From Lama glama (lineage: Eukaryota): a stretch of DNA of 64,000 nt. The position numbers and the translations under genes are program-made. A model generated the notes under the pieces. That model was not told the origin of the DNA. It saw only the letters and a list, made by a program, of their open reading frames with translations, and ran no database searches. The DNA is taken from positions 34,410,001 through 34,474,000 of the forward strand of contig CM052832.1 in assembly GCA_028534125.1 (NCBI GenBank). The letters run 5' to 3'. Positions 13,836 through 27,700 of the stretch are shown in pieces (position 1 is the stretch's first letter; each line of letters starts with the position of its first letter).

Positions 13836-16009
13836 TCTTCACGCGCTGACTCGTTCAGCCTGTGATTTAGCCTCCGTGCACTTCAGAGCACCTGAAGGCA
13901 GCAGAGGGAGGGAAAGGACGAGGCCGGCCCTTCCGGGTGCTCAGCGTCAGGGAGCTGGTTTTCATCAGTAGCCACCATGGTCTTTGTGTAGCCATCTGCT
14001 CACACACAGCTTTACGGTTCAATTTTGCTCTCTCTGCACCCTCACAACCCAGTTCCAGGTCTCCTCTCTGTGTGAGCTACAGGCAAGCAGAGGGCAGAAC
14101 AGAATCAAGCCCCATTCTTTCCTTTAACCCAGAGCCGCACAGACCCAGTCACCGCTCGCAAAGCGCTTTTCGCTTGTGAAATGGAAACTTCCTACCCCAG
14201 CGGCTCCCGACGGAGGCGCACTGACGCACTTGTGCTCGTCGCCCTGCGGTAAGAGGGCACGCCCAGCACGCCAGGCAGGCTAGTGCTGTACCTGAGGTGG
14301 CGCAACAGGCCTCTAAGTGAGAGGGAGACCCTGCGCAGGGGAGCAGTCTCGGTCCTGGATGGGGAGCGAGGGCCTCCTCGGGTCTGAGACGACGCAGCCT
14401 GGCTCTGAGTGGGGGACCCGCCTCCCACCTCAGGGGCGTCGGAGGTCCTGAGTGCTGGGGGGGCAGCCTTGGACAAGTGGAGAGGCACCCCTGCCTTACA
14501 AGGGGGGTCAAGCTACAGGAACAGGCAGGCAGTCCGTCACCCTGAAGCAGGTAGTGGCTGCTCGTTCCTGGAAAAAATGAGACCACGTCCTCAACGCAGA
14601 AGGAGTTTCGTAAAAGCACTTGTCCCGGGGGGGGGGGGGAAGGACCAGACAGCCTCAATGCACCCCCTGGTTCACGACGCCAGGATTCGCCCCACGCATG
14701 GGGGTGCTCTGCGCATCCAGGGAGGTGACGGGTTTACATCAGGGGAGAAGCCTCAGGAGAGACGGGCAGACACGGCCCCGCAGTCAGGCTGTGTGGCCGC
14801 AGGGCCAGCAAAGGTATGGGCAGCACCTCGTCCTGGAAGGCTGTGCCCCCAGACTCTCGCACCCGCTCTCCTTCCATACCTTGGGGGGTTTTCCGCCTCC
14901 TTTCTGTGTGTTCGGCTGCCAGGGGTGGGCTGCAGGGCGGTTACAGGAAAGGGCTGGGGGAGCCGGCCAAACCTGCAGAGTGGACGAGGTCAGGGTCCCC
15001 GCCTGGCCATCGGGTCTCCTGGATGCCATGAGGGCCGCCACCTCTGTGAGGCTGGACAGCGTTCGGGAGAACCAGACGCGGGCTGTTTGTTTTGATGTCT
15101 TTAAGGTCTTTATCTGAAGAAGAAAAGAAAACAAGGAAGCTGGCATGTTCCAATTACTGGCTGTATAAAGACCCAGTGAAATGCAAGAATTCAAGAGTGA
15201 ACCACAAAAGAGCGTTCTTCATAAAGAACCAAGTAAAGAGTATAAAGTTAATCAATTTGGAATTTTTCTTCCTCTGATTCAAAACACATTTCTCTGAAAA
15301 TGTTCCTATGTCTGAAAAATGCATATCACCACTTTTCTAAGTTTAAAGCTGCTGAGTTAAAAAGTTTAGGGTAGAGTTAGACTCTGCATTTATTAAATAT
15401 ATATGAATCTGACTGCCTGCTATATCATTTATTACACATAAAATTCCAATTTTGGAAATTCTTACAATTTTAATTAAATATTTTTAATAAAAAATCTAAT
15501 TTTATTAAAACTTTTAAATGGAAGTAATGTTTTATTCAGACGTCCAAAGCCTAGTAATTGAGCAGAAGGTTCAAACATCTGCTTTCAAAGCCGGCTCAGC
15601 AAGCGTGAGACAATAAAAGAGTTTCCCCATCCTCACTCAAATGTGCAAACGTCGCGCAGAAGTTGCTGGAAATGAACAGCTTCCACTCAGTCACGGGAGC
15701 AAATGGAGGAGGCGCTGTGGTCACAGCGTTAAAACCACACCTGAGGGGTCCAGGCGGCCAGGTCTACAGCAGGAGGAGGGAGTCGGGCGGGTGCTCCGGC
15801 CCCTCAGCGCCGCCCGCAGACCTGCTCCTGTCCGTCGGGCTCCTGGCTTCACCTGAAGTGACGTGAATGGATCTGCGCCTGCCTGAAGTGACACCCCTGA
15901 CAGCCGTTAAGTCACTAAGGCACGTCACAACCAGTTACCCAAAACACGAGAACACTCACCGGAAATAAGTGCGGAGGGTCCCACAGTAAGATTCCTAACA
16001 CGCCGTGTG

Positions 16010-16268
16010 TTTAAAGCAGAAGTTTTGTCGAGATACAGTTCTTACAGCACAGAGGCCACTCGTCTGAGGTGCACAGCTCGGCAGCTCTGTTTTCGCAGAG
16101 CTGTGAATCGTCGCCACACGTTTAGGCTTTTCCCCACGGAGCCCTCCGCCCCTCGGCGGCACCCAGTCCCCTCCCCCGCCCCAGCCCTGGGCGACCACCT
16201 GCCTTGTCTGTGGGTTTGCCTGTTTAGACATTTCCTGTAAATGGAGTCAAACAGTACGAAGTCCTTTA
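16010..16268 (-). mobile_element. Old LINE-1 3' UTR fragment (L1MB-like)
   Basis: ttttgtcgagatacagttc...ccctgggcgaccacc...gtttgcctgtttagacatttcctgtaaatggagtcaaacagta matches the antisense L1MB 3' end pattern. Confidence 0.7.
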
Positions 16269-18324
16269 AACGAACCAAAGCCACTTTTTAAAGACCTACG
16301 TAATCCACATTCAGAAACATTTCTTCAAATCTTGACTCTTCTGACTTGTTCAGCAACCTGGGTGACTTTGCAAACTGAGTTCAAACCTGATCTTTCCGGC
16401 TGTGAAGCGGGTTTTGCCTTCACCCTCGGGCCTCTGCCTGGTCCCCACCGCCCCCTGCCGGCGCTGCCACCGCCCGTCCTAAGCCTCCTCTAGGACTCCC
16501 GTCCCCAGCCTCAAAACGACACAGAGTGTGTGACTGGTAATTGGCATAAAATGTAAAGTAACTGTGATCGCTCGGTGTACGTATCCTATTCTTTTCCTAG
16601 AAATTATGAAGTTAGTCCTGAGACTTATCAAAACTTTGTCCAAAAATGGCACCTTCTTAATGCTTTTAATTTTTCTCAAGGAAAATGCTTAATCTTAAAG
16701 AATTTCATTTCAATCCTAACAAAAACACAAACTTGGAAAGCTCTTTCATTACTGTTTAAAATGAATAAATCACACAAGAGATAAAGATTTTACTAAAACC
16801 ATGTGTGAAGACAACTAATGAAAATGGAAGAAAGAAACAAAAATTCAAAACGTGTGTAAACAGCACGCGCTCCGAGGCAGAGGCCCCGTGAGAGTCCCTG
16901 CTGGTTATTTACTGTGTCTGTTGCTCTTTGAGTATTTCTCAATTTTTAAGTGGCCTTAAAATTGAAAATTTAATATTTACTGAATATTTTTCCTAACTTT
17001 AAGGTTTCTTTTTTTTTTCTTTGAAATTTAAATAGGCAGTGAAAGAAAATAAAATTTATAAACCACTTTCTATGGTCTTTATAATATAATAGCTAGTGCT
17101 CCAGCTTCGTAAACATGAAAATTATTTCTGATTTGTTAACAAAACTCCGTGATCCTAGGACGAGCGCTTCTACGCTTAACAGTCCTGGAAGCCATTTAAC
17201 CATTTTTTTCAACCATTATCTCCAGTGTTGCAGAAAATTTTGGAAATTTTCAGAAGTGAATGTTTGATTTAACATACATTACTCTGAATTTCATATGTAC
17301 ATTACTCTGGTTTAAAAAAAACAGGAAATAACATCAAAAATTCCTTCTGGGGCAGATGAATGAGTGCATTTACTAGACTGTCAGTTATTTTACTATAATT
17401 TACGTGTCCTGGGGAAGTTTACAGGGAGTAAGTACTTTATTCTACTTTATGGGGATTTTAAAATATAGCCATGTTCCGCCTAAGGTAAAGACATTTTTAA
17501 TCAGCCTGTGTGTAAATAAATATACTTTTGAGTTAAAAGATGCAAATTGGGTTTACTGTACTTTAAGGTTTTAATAAAATATTTTCATGTATAAGTAATA
17601 AATAAGATACGGATAATAAATGGTCCTTTGGAAAATACAGAGTTTTTATGCATATGCAAAGTACAACGAAGAAAGGAATTTTGCACTGAGTCTGCATTTA
17701 GACAGAAAGCTTTGGCTTCCGAGGGCTCGCAAAGCAGGAGCAGGAAGCCCGTCACAGCTCCCAGCGCTGGAGAGGGGCTGGACGGGCCCTGCCTTCATCC
17801 GTCTTCGCAGGGGAGAGCGTTTTGTCTCTGCCGCACTGTCCGCAGGGCGCGTGTGCGACGGCGCACGCGAGTTCACGGGCGATCACCCCTGTGTCTGAAG
17901 CCCGCGTGCCCCTCGCTGCTCTGGGTGCCTCTCTGGTGTGGCACATTCTACACATTTTAACGCAGACAGTGACGCTCACGGGCTCTCCTCCCCTTCCTTA
18001 CTGGATGTCGCCAGGCAGGACTGACCCAGCCTGCCGTGTCCTAGTTCCACGGCCTTCATTTCTCATCTGGTTCAAACCTACAAAGACTATCAGCTTCCCT
18101 CATTTCTGGCAGGCTTTTTTTTTAAACAAGTAAAGGTGACCTTTATTCTGCTCTGTTGGGTCCTTTGTTTTGTCAAAGAGAACCTTAAAACATCAGCCAA
18201 ACATTTCCTGAGTCTTATTTATTTGTTTGTTTGATGTTTGGTGAGAGGCTAGGTCCGTCCACCCTTCCCAGCAAAAGGAAAGAAGCATCACTGAGAACGG
18301 TTCATTCTCTTGGCCGGGGAGCTG

Positions 18325-18786
18325 GATGGGTGCTGGGTGGGTGCTGGGTGGACAATGGATGGGCGCTGGGTGGGCACTGGGTGGGTGCTGGGTGGACACT
18401 GGATGGACAATGGATGGACGCTGGGTGGGTGCTGGGTGGACGCTGGGTGGACAATGGATGGGCGCTGGGTGGGTGCTGAGTGGACGCTGGACAGGTGCTG
18501 GGTGGATGCTGAGTGGACAATGGATGGATGCTGGATGGGTGCTGGGTGGGCGCTGGGTGGGTGCTGGGTGGACGCTGAGTGGACAATGGATGGACGCTGG
18601 GTGGGTGCTGGGTGGGCGCTGAGTGGACGCTGGATGGGAGCTGGATGGGCGCTGGGTGGGTGCTGGATGGGTGCTGGATGGGTGCTTGATGGACGCTGGA
18701 TGGGTGTTGGATGGGCGCTGGGTGGGTGCTGGGTGGACAATGGATGGACGCTGGATGGGCGCTGGGTGGGCGCTGGGTGGGTGCTG
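18325..18786 (+). repeat. G-rich minisatellite, 42 x 11-bp units (consensus G(G/A)TGG(G/A)(C/T)GCTG, variant ..GGACAATG)
   Basis: 462 bp parses into exactly 42 units of 11 bp with no indels. Confidence 0.97.
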
Positions 18787-21700
18787 GCGGGGCTGAGGAG
18801 GTGGGAGGCCTCGCCCGCAGGGAGCTCTGCCGTCCTTAAGAAACAGCCAATCCAGGAACAGCGCAGCCCTGTGATGCTAGTGGGCAGATCATCCCGAGGC
18901 CCCTCAGGCATATGGCTGTTACTTTGTGAAGCAGCCCGCGTTCAATACAGCGAAACACACGCGCCGCCGAAACCCCACCGTCCCCACCAGCTCCTGTGAG
19001 GCAGAGGTTAGGGATAAAGACAAAGGGCCGTTGGTGACAAGAGTGGCCTCCCAGCAGCTGCTCCGAGCGCGGGCGGGTTAGACCCCAGCGGTGGAGGCGG
19101 TGGCAGGCAGGCTCAGGAGGCGGCCCAGGCCGGCACCTGGCTGGACGGCACCGGGGCGGGGTCCAGAGAACCTCACCGCGGCGGGAACCCGGGCCAGGGA
19201 AGCGGGCCTGCCGGCGCCCAGAGGCTCTGGCTTATGCCTGGGGCTTCCCGGTCTCGGCTCTGTCTCTGGTCCGCCTGGATTTGTCACCCACTCGTCTGTC
19301 TGGGGCAGGGACGCCTCAAGAGGGGCATCCAGACAGGCGTCCAGACAGCCACGCCGCCACGTCCCTCGTCCCACATGTGGACGTTCCCGCATCTCCTTGT
19401 GCACGGATGGCGTGTGTGAGTGTGACGTTCTGTGCAAACCTCCTGTGAACAGTGTAAACTCACCTCGTACGGAAGGGAAGGCAGAGCCCCCCCCCCGCCT
19501 TGAATCCACCTGGAAACTCCTTTCAACGCTCTGACAAAATGTAAAGGTTTGGCTGGAGGGTTCACTCTCTCCTCCCTGTTCTCTGTGCTCCCGGCCTGGT
19601 CCCCACGAGACCTGGGCTTGTGGGGCGGGGCTCCCGAGGCAGATGGGGCGCCCCCTGCTGCCCGCCCAGCAGGTCAGCAGACGGGAGGAAGGCAGAGGGG
19701 CCCCGAGGCGGGAGTCTGGTGTGCACACGTGCTCTCCTTAAACGGCTCCCAAAGCAGACGCTGGGTCACTCGCCTCCCGACCTGCCCCTCAAGCGGTGGT
19801 CAAGGAGCGAAGCCACCGTCGTCATGAACATCACGCAGACGTGAGGCGTTGCCCTAAGCAACGCTGCCAGTATGTGGAAAAGTCCAGTTATCGGATTCAG
19901 ACGGGAAACTTACTGTGACCTTTTTGTGACACACTCTGGATCATGGGTCCCCGTCACAAACTTAGCTGGCTCTGAGCACAGCGGTGCTCCCTGCGTGTAC
20001 AGTAAAAAATCACACGCGTTCTGTGTATTTATATTCATATATGAAAAATGTATTTTCTCCCCTTAAACTTTGTTTGCTAAAAGTATCAAAATTGTTTATA
20101 AATACCATTTTTAAAGGAAAATAATTTTTCCTAAGTAAGATATAACGATACTCGAGATGCTCTGAAGTAAATTCTGGTTTGAAAAGCACTGAATAAATGA
20201 CTTCTATTAAAAAGTCTAAGCAGACGAATGAAAAGCAGAATATGGATAGTAAGTAAAATATTGTAGTGAACGTTAGCCACAGCGGGCCTTTAAACTGCAT
20301 TTTAATTTCTAGGTTCTACTCTCATTTTTGGTGGTAGAACTTACAGATGAAATACAAAAACTGAGGTGGGAAGGAGTGGCGTTAGCTGCATTTAATGCTG
20401 TTTTAAAGGCTGAGTCAAAATTGAATGTCAGAGCGCTAACGTTTATAGTGCACGTGCGGGGGCTCGTTACCGCTGGCTGGGAAACAAACGCCCCGGGGAT
20501 GGCGGCCCTGGGCAGGGGCCAGGGTGAACGTTTCCAATAACCAGCTGGCCTGCCCCTGCCCCTCGGGGGTCGCACAGCCCAGAGCGAACCTCGTCTTCAG
20601 ATTGGAGTCCCTGCACTCGGGGTCCAGTCTTCCTCTGTCTGCAGTTCTGCTTGGCTGGCCGGGGTCTGAAAGGAGGCGCTGTCCATCCAGTGGGGCCCTG
20701 GGCGTCTGTCGGAGAAGCTGAACAGCATCTCAGCCTCCCCGGATCCTCCCCGGTTCCTCCCCAGCTATACGGGGGGGAGGGGTATTTGGTAAACAGTGAA
20801 ATTTCAGACAGAACTTCAGGTGCAGGTTCAAATGGAAGTACAAAAACAAATCCCACAGCCAAACATACATACTTTTTGGAATGTCATTATTTTGGATTGT
20901 TTCTGAGATTGTTTTTTCTTAGCTGAGAAGCAGAGATAAGTTGGCTGCAAGGCATGAGACTGGACAGATCTTCCCACCACTTGTTTCCTAACCAGGCAGA
21001 CGGGGCACCTGGAGCGTCACAGGCCCACTTCCTCCCCCGATGAAGACAGCCCTCCAAGCCCTCCGTTGCTGGAGTTTTAAGGGCTGGTCGTCTTACTTCC
21101 CAAGAAAGCCTGTTGGTTAAATTGGGGCTTCAAATTCCACAGGATTCCTGGTTTCCCCGAGTTAGGCCACGACCGCTTCCCAGCTGAGCCTCGCAAGTCG
21201 TCTGCCGGGTCAGCCCGTGTCCTCTCTGAGCCACAGCGAGTTCAGAGTGACACTAAAGGTCCATTAGCAATGGTGTCCTTCTCAAGGACATAGTGCAGAA
21301 CCCAGAGGAAAGGCAGATCTCACCAGTAGATCCAGTCGACAGGAAACTCGAGCAGGAAGTCCAGAGTCCGGAGAAAGCAGTGCGGTCTTGTGGAGAACTG
21401 GGCTGGGGGTCTGCAGTCTCACCAGGGCTTCCACCACGCGCACGGTCACACATCTCTGTGAACACCCACGTTGTACTAACGTCTGCGAAAGCGGCAGGTC
21501 CCGCTCTGGTTTTCACAATAACCGAGATGAGCTCGAGCCCGTTCTACAGGTGGGAGCCACGGAGCCGAGCCCGGGTCAGCCAGCGTGTCTGCACCTGTGC
21601 TGGTCCTGTCCGCCCAGAGCCTGTCTGTGGTGACGACACCACATCACCAGATGGCAAAACTGGGGGGGCACCCAGACTGATCACTCGCATAAACTCTTTC

Positions 21701-24700
21701 CAGACCAGTAGCTCAGAAGCCAGGATCCTGGAGGTGCAGGGTGTGCACAACCGTCCCCCTGGGGGGCGGGCAGGAGGCAGTCAGGAAAGACGTCTGTCTT
21801 CAGGCCATTGTGCCTACAAACCCGCTGCTGCCGTGCACCCTCCCACAGCTGTGACGGGCTCCTCCACGCGGACCGCGGGCCGGCCACGTTAAAGACCAGG
21901 AGAGGTGCTGGAAACGCATGCAGACACACGCAGGAGCCTCTAGAAGTTCTGCGCAGAAGGCCCCTCCATGGCACAGGGACCCTGACTGCTTTCCCGCCGC
22001 TGTGACTTCAGCCCAGGAGCACGCCGGCGGCAGCTGGTGGCGTCCGGGAAGCCTGGGGCTGTCCTTCCTTTCAACGTGCAGTTGTCCCTCAGAATGTCAC
22101 CTGCTCCTTTTGGACTTCGAGTCCCGTTGAAAGGAGCAGATTAAGCGTTTCTTCAGTGTGCCCGCACTCTGCACCCGTGGGAGACCTCTCATCCTGGAGC
22201 TCCCTGTGTTAAGCTGCCGGCTGCGCTCGGATGGTTGGAAGACAGCTGCACCAGCGGGGGACGGCAGCAGGGCCCGCGGAGCAGCTCCCGCCCGCCCTTC
22301 TCACGTCTGCAGCTTGCTCCACGGGCCTTGGCTGCATCCCGGGGACGTGGGGAGGTTCGCTCAGTGACCCTGAGACCCCGAGGAGCAGTGCCTCAAGCCC
22401 AGCACGGCCCTGAGTAAACCTCAAGACGCAGCAAGACGGTCTGGACCCAGGTTACTTGGGCCCTGAAGTCGAATCCCCTGGGGGTTACGTGTCCAAGGCC
22501 CTTGTCCCTTTTCAGTGGCTGTGGTGTTTTCTCCGACAGCCGGTGCAGTGGAAGTGGAGACACCCGCCACAACCCGGCCCTGGGGGCCTCCGGCGGCGCC
22601 GTCTGGAGCAGGAGCAGCGGCCCTGCGGCCCCGCCGCCCGTGTGGCCGGCGGGGCCGGAGGCAGCACAGAGGCTTCGACTTCACCTGCATGCCGTGCTTG
22701 TTTGATACGAAGAAAGGACTGAAGTGAATGTTCTAATGTTAGCGCTCGTTGCCCTTGAAAGGTGAGCGCCTGGATTTTTGTTGTGTTATTTTCAGTCTTT
22801 GTATTTTTTATTTTTCCAACAGCAAAGGCAGCAAGAGATACTAAACAGAGAGTATTAAAAGAAGAAATTTAAGACTTCCTGAGAGACTTTAAACTCACTT
22901 AGAAAATTTAAAATCAGATATGCGTTTTACTTTTCTTTCCTAAATTTGTTAATACATTGAATTATTTCCTCCCTGGCAAAAGAGGAGGAAGAATTCTCAA
23001 ATCACAAAGCAGCGTTTGCTGCTCAGCTAATGTTTCGGTTCCCCGTCAGCGGTATTAGGTGCAAAACGTCCGTCACCCTCACAGCCACGACAGCATCCGC
23101 GCTGGCAGCACTGCCCCGACGCGGTCTCCAGCCTCCCACTCAGAGGCTCGTGTTCAGGGGCAAGTTCTCGGGACACCACAGCCCCAGTCATTCGCTTGGC
23201 AAGGCTCTGGTCAGCCACGTACTGTGTCCTCACAGGTGTGGGTGCTTGGGAGCCCGGGACACAGACAGCCCCCGGCCGGCAGCGCGCTGCCTCCGCCGTG
23301 CTGCAGCAGGGAGGTCCCAGCCTCGGAAGGCCTGCGTGACCGGGGGCCCCGAAACCAAAGATCGCCAGCATCATGGTAAGCCTGCCTCTGGCGTCAGGAT
23401 TTGGGAGAGAGGGGACACGGGGTCTGGAGGGAGGCCCAGAAAGCGCAGTGTGTGGGCGGGTGGGGACCCCAGAGTCTGGGCTTCTCGTGGGGCCCGGTGG
23501 TCAGAGGCGAGTGCCGGAGGCAGACTTCAGCCGTGGGGGCGGGGGGTCCAGAGGGAGTGGCAAGGACCCCGGCCCCACACAGCTCCATCCCATGGGGTGA
23601 TATGGGGCCAGCTTTCTCTCTGCTGCTTGGCGGAAATTACTGCTGTCCAGTCCAGCAAGGGCGTCCCTCTGGTCCAGCACAGCGGTGGCTTCCCGGCTTC
23701 ACCTCTCCCCTCTCAGCAGCCTCCCGCCAATACCTAGAGGTGCTTTCCTATCCGGGGAGGCCACACCTCCGTGCACCCCCCAGGACCTCTGCCAGCTCCC
23801 CCTGCACTCGGCCCCGCGTGCCAGAAGGCCCTGGGCTCCCTCCTGGAGCTTCTCCTCGCCTGTGGTCTTCTCTGGGGCCTTCGGGAGGCCCCGGGTGGGG
23901 AAGGGGAATGGCCAGTTCTCCCCACTGTCCGTGTGTCTGGATAACACACAGCAGAGACGCCGCAGCTGATTGCCCTCCCTCGGGTATACGCACACCTTCA
24001 GAGTCACCAACAGTTCTCCGTGTCCAAAAGACATGGAGACAAGGACAACGCCTCATTCAGAACCTCCCAGAACTTCGTGATGGGCTCAGTAGGAGAAGGA
24101 AAAGTCCGTCACTTCTGGGAAATTTCATTGCGCTTGGGGAGTCCCACTCAGGCGGGGGGTCTCTGGTCTCACACACAGCTAACTAAAGTCCCGCCTGGGC
24201 TGGGATGAAAGGCCCATCCCGTTGCATCCCCACACACTCCTCCTTCTTTCGGTGTCTTCCAAGATCCGCTTTGAGCTGCAGTGCTGTGTACTCTCCAGGG
24301 GCCCTTTGACCTGTTCCCGTTGAAGCAAAGTGGGAGGGTCTCAGCCTCCACGCAGCAGCCAGTCGGTGTCAGTCTCAGGCCCGGGTGCGCTCCTCTGTGT
24401 CCGGTGCCCCTGCCGAGGAGGTGGCTGCTTCCAGGAGCTTCCCTGCCAGTCGGTCTACACAGACAAGTGCTGGACCAATCCAGATCAGTGGGTAATTCTG
24501 GAAGCAGACTCTGGGGGATCGAGGGAAAGTGTGGGAAAGGTGGAAGTCTAGGGCACTTTACAGACAGCGGGATGCAGACCCAGCCGCTCCCAGGAGCGGG
24601 AGACGAGTGGTGAGCCCCAACCCGTGTGCAGGCGGCCCACAGGCCACCTCAGCTTCTCCAAACACGGGGAGAAAAAGCAGCCAAGGTTTTATGCAAGAAT

Positions 24701-27700
24701 GAAAGGCCTGAAGCGCCCCAGCCTCCAGTGGTCAAACATGCCAGGAGAAGCCAGTTCCAGGGTGTGCAAAACGCCGGCCAGAGGAAAAGCAGCATTTGAT
24801 CAGAAAAAAGGAGAGAGAAACGATCTCATCATCCGGGATGACAGAATCGCCCTACAGGTGTGTTTTCATAAACTGCTTGGGCTTCATCCGGTGATAACGT
24901 GCACGGACCCTGAAAGAGGGACTCACACGGCCTGGATCTTGTCTGAGCAGAGCTGACCGTGAAGCACAGCCCGCACAGGTGGCACTGCTCTCGACACAGA
25001 CACGGGGCTCCTGGGACCCGAGGCTGCAGCCGTCAGTGCTGGAGGGTCCCGGCTTCAGAGGGAAGGCGCCTGGACCCAGAGACCTAACGGGTTGGCTTCT
25101 CGGCGGGCGCCCCGCCTCCAGGGGGCAGGGCTGAAGCAGAGCCGTCCAGCCACCAGGGCAGGTCTTCCGTAAAGCTGCCCATCAAAGTAGAAAATCCAAG
25201 TCGGGGGCATGGAACAGTTACAAATTGATTCCAGACCCCACTTCTTCTAGGCCATCCTGGAAACAGTTACTGAATTTATTGCAACATTCCTACCAGGGTG
25301 TGATCCTCCAACCACTGTGCCCTGGTCTCCTGGAGAGAGGCTGTGGGCGGGCCGGCAGGGTGCCCGTCCCCTGAGGTGCTCACAGGGCTGCGCAGCCAGC
25401 GGCCTCCTCCACGCCCCGGGGACCTGGAAGTCTTTCCCCTGGGCGCTTTTTATTGGGCTGTTGGATACAACCCCCTTCTGGAAACTTGACTTGACCACAT
25501 TTAGGAATATGTGAGGACTTCCGCTGAACATGGTGAGAACCCTGGAGACAGACAGACAGACGCGATGACTGTGCGAAAACCAGTGCACTTCAGGTCCCAC
25601 ATGGTGTGCTGGACTCAGACATAAAAGAGATCCTGGAAAAGTCAACGTGCTGCCAGTGTGACAGCACTCGGAAGGGAATGAAGAACACATCCAACCACGG
25701 GAAGCCCCTGAAGGTCTGGTGGGCCCCCAGGCGTGTGGCTCAGAAGAACGTAAGCGGTGGCCTCTGCAAAGTGTTCGACCTGCTGGAGAATCCAGGGAGG
25801 ATGAAGTGTCCCCAGACGGTCGCAGGGACCACGGTGTGGACCGCTGGGAGGACGGAGGCCTGGAGCAACGTCTTGTAAGGCCAGGCTGGGGGCCGCCAGA
25901 GTGCCAGGCCTGGTACAAGGAGCCAAAAACAAACAGATAAAATTTATGAGGAATGAATGTTTAAAAATATAAAATCCTGATTTCAGATTTTCACAAGTAG
26001 TCACACGGGTCCAGCACAGACGCATCCAGCACAGAAGTGATTCTCGAGAGAAAGGCCTGATGAGTTACAGTTGCTTCAGAAAGAAAGAAAAACAAAGGTA
26101 GCCGAGGGTTCCCCACTTGAAGCACAGAGTCCCTGTCACGGGTCCGCAGGGCCCGGGCGCTGGGCACAGGCACACGGGTCAGCCGCACCGTCACGCATGG
26201 CCCTGCGCCCCTCCTGCCAGGCGCCGGGCGCACCCACAAGCTTCACTCACCCGCAGCAAGGTCTCCCTCACCTTCCAGCTTTAAACCTGACAGCCCGCTG
26301 GGTTCCGAGGCTCAGGCTGCACCTTCTCCCCACGCTCTCCTGTTCTTGCCAAGGATGCTCTCGCCGCTCTGCCCATGGGCTCTGCGCTCGGGTCCGCGAG
26401 ACTTTTAGCGACCTCGTCAGAGGGGTCATGTCTGAGACCGTTTGTTGCATGTTATGGCCCCCTAAGCAGTTCTGTAGGTGAGCAGGATGTGCACTGCATT
26501 TAAATAGAGCCTGCTTCTGTGACACAAGCCACTCGGGTTCTGAGGAGGGAGGAGGCAGGGGGAGGGGGGCGCTTGGCCAGAGCGGGCACCTCCCCAGCTC
26601 CGGGACCACCAGGGAGGAGGGTCTCCGACAGTACGTCAGGTGCCACATTCCGCATGGCACTGCTCATTGGCAGTAAATGACGGAGCCTGCATCGGCGAGA
26701 GGAGTTAATCCCCGCGCATCTTCGGACGGCCGACAGCTCAGTCTGCCCGTCCCTGAGAACGAGGAAGCACATCTGCGGCCCGCTCGGGCGGCGGGGCTAA
26801 CACGGCACACACGGAGAGTTATTCATAGCCAGGCACCTCCATCCATGGGGCAGGATAACCAGGTGCAGAGAGAGCGTGTCTCCAAGCCTTGCGGAGGTTT
26901 GTTAGAAGGTCGGGGGATGTACAAGTGTTTTCCCCCGAGGCGTACATAGACAGAACCAGAGGAAAGGGCAAGGATAAAATACATCACATTTCAAGATGGG
27001 GAGCGCTGGCTCCAGGGGTTTCAAAGAGGCTCGGCTGCACGGCTAAACCTTGGGAGTGAGTCGGCCCCAGGGGCTGGGGTGCCCGTCGGCTCTGAAAACG
27101 GGGGGCTGCTCAGAGAGGGATCACCTCTGCAGGCAGGGTTTTACGTGGACAGACCTAGTTTGTTTTGGAAGCAAATTTCTTCTAGAATGTTTTAATGCGT
27201 CATTACTATTTCTATTGATTTTTTTCTAACCCCTACTTTGTGCTGGGACCTCGAATTTGCCAACCGTGGTGGTTTGGGGCAACTGTAGCCAATGCCAGTG
27301 AAGCCAGTCAGCACAGCCCCGCCAGGGCCCCGGTCCCCATGACGGGTTTACACACATAAAGACAGACTTTCACCCCGAGGGCTCCCAGGCGGGGTTCCAG
27401 CCTGGCCCCTGGGGCACCATGCAAAGTGTGGCCCAGTATCTCGAGTGATCCTTGAACTTGCACACAAATACATCAGAGGTTTGGAGGAGCGTGCGATGAG
27501 CTGTGGGAACGCAGATTCATTTACGGCACCACCCAGCTCAGAGGTCGGAAGGGTCATTTCGATCCAAGGTCACCTGGCCCAGGCCGATGGTGAAATGTGC
27601 CCGTGTTCAAACAAGATGGCTGCCCAAACGGTGAAGGGCGTTGGCCTGTGAACCCTGCATTAGCTGAAGAGCTCTCACCCCTGCAGGTCCCGCCCACAAA

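Noticed and set aside
18288-18999. Long Trp/Gly-rich (+) and Pro/His/Ser/Thr-rich (-) ORFs; superficially CRISPR-like periodic array
   Set aside because: Fully explained by the 11-bp tandem minisatellite; there are no unique spacers, no cas genes, and the DNA is mammalian
21260-21380. Protein-like stretch VLLKDIVQNPEERQISPVDPVDRKLEQEVQSPEKA
   Set aside because: No polypyrimidine tract, weak donor and no recognisable homology
23030-24186. 235-aa and 261-aa ORFs (also 14409-15095, 52082-52852, 52924-53529)
   Set aside because: Low-complexity Pro/Gly/Arg/Ser composition, open in several overlapping frames, no recognisable domain; expected in GC-rich DNA
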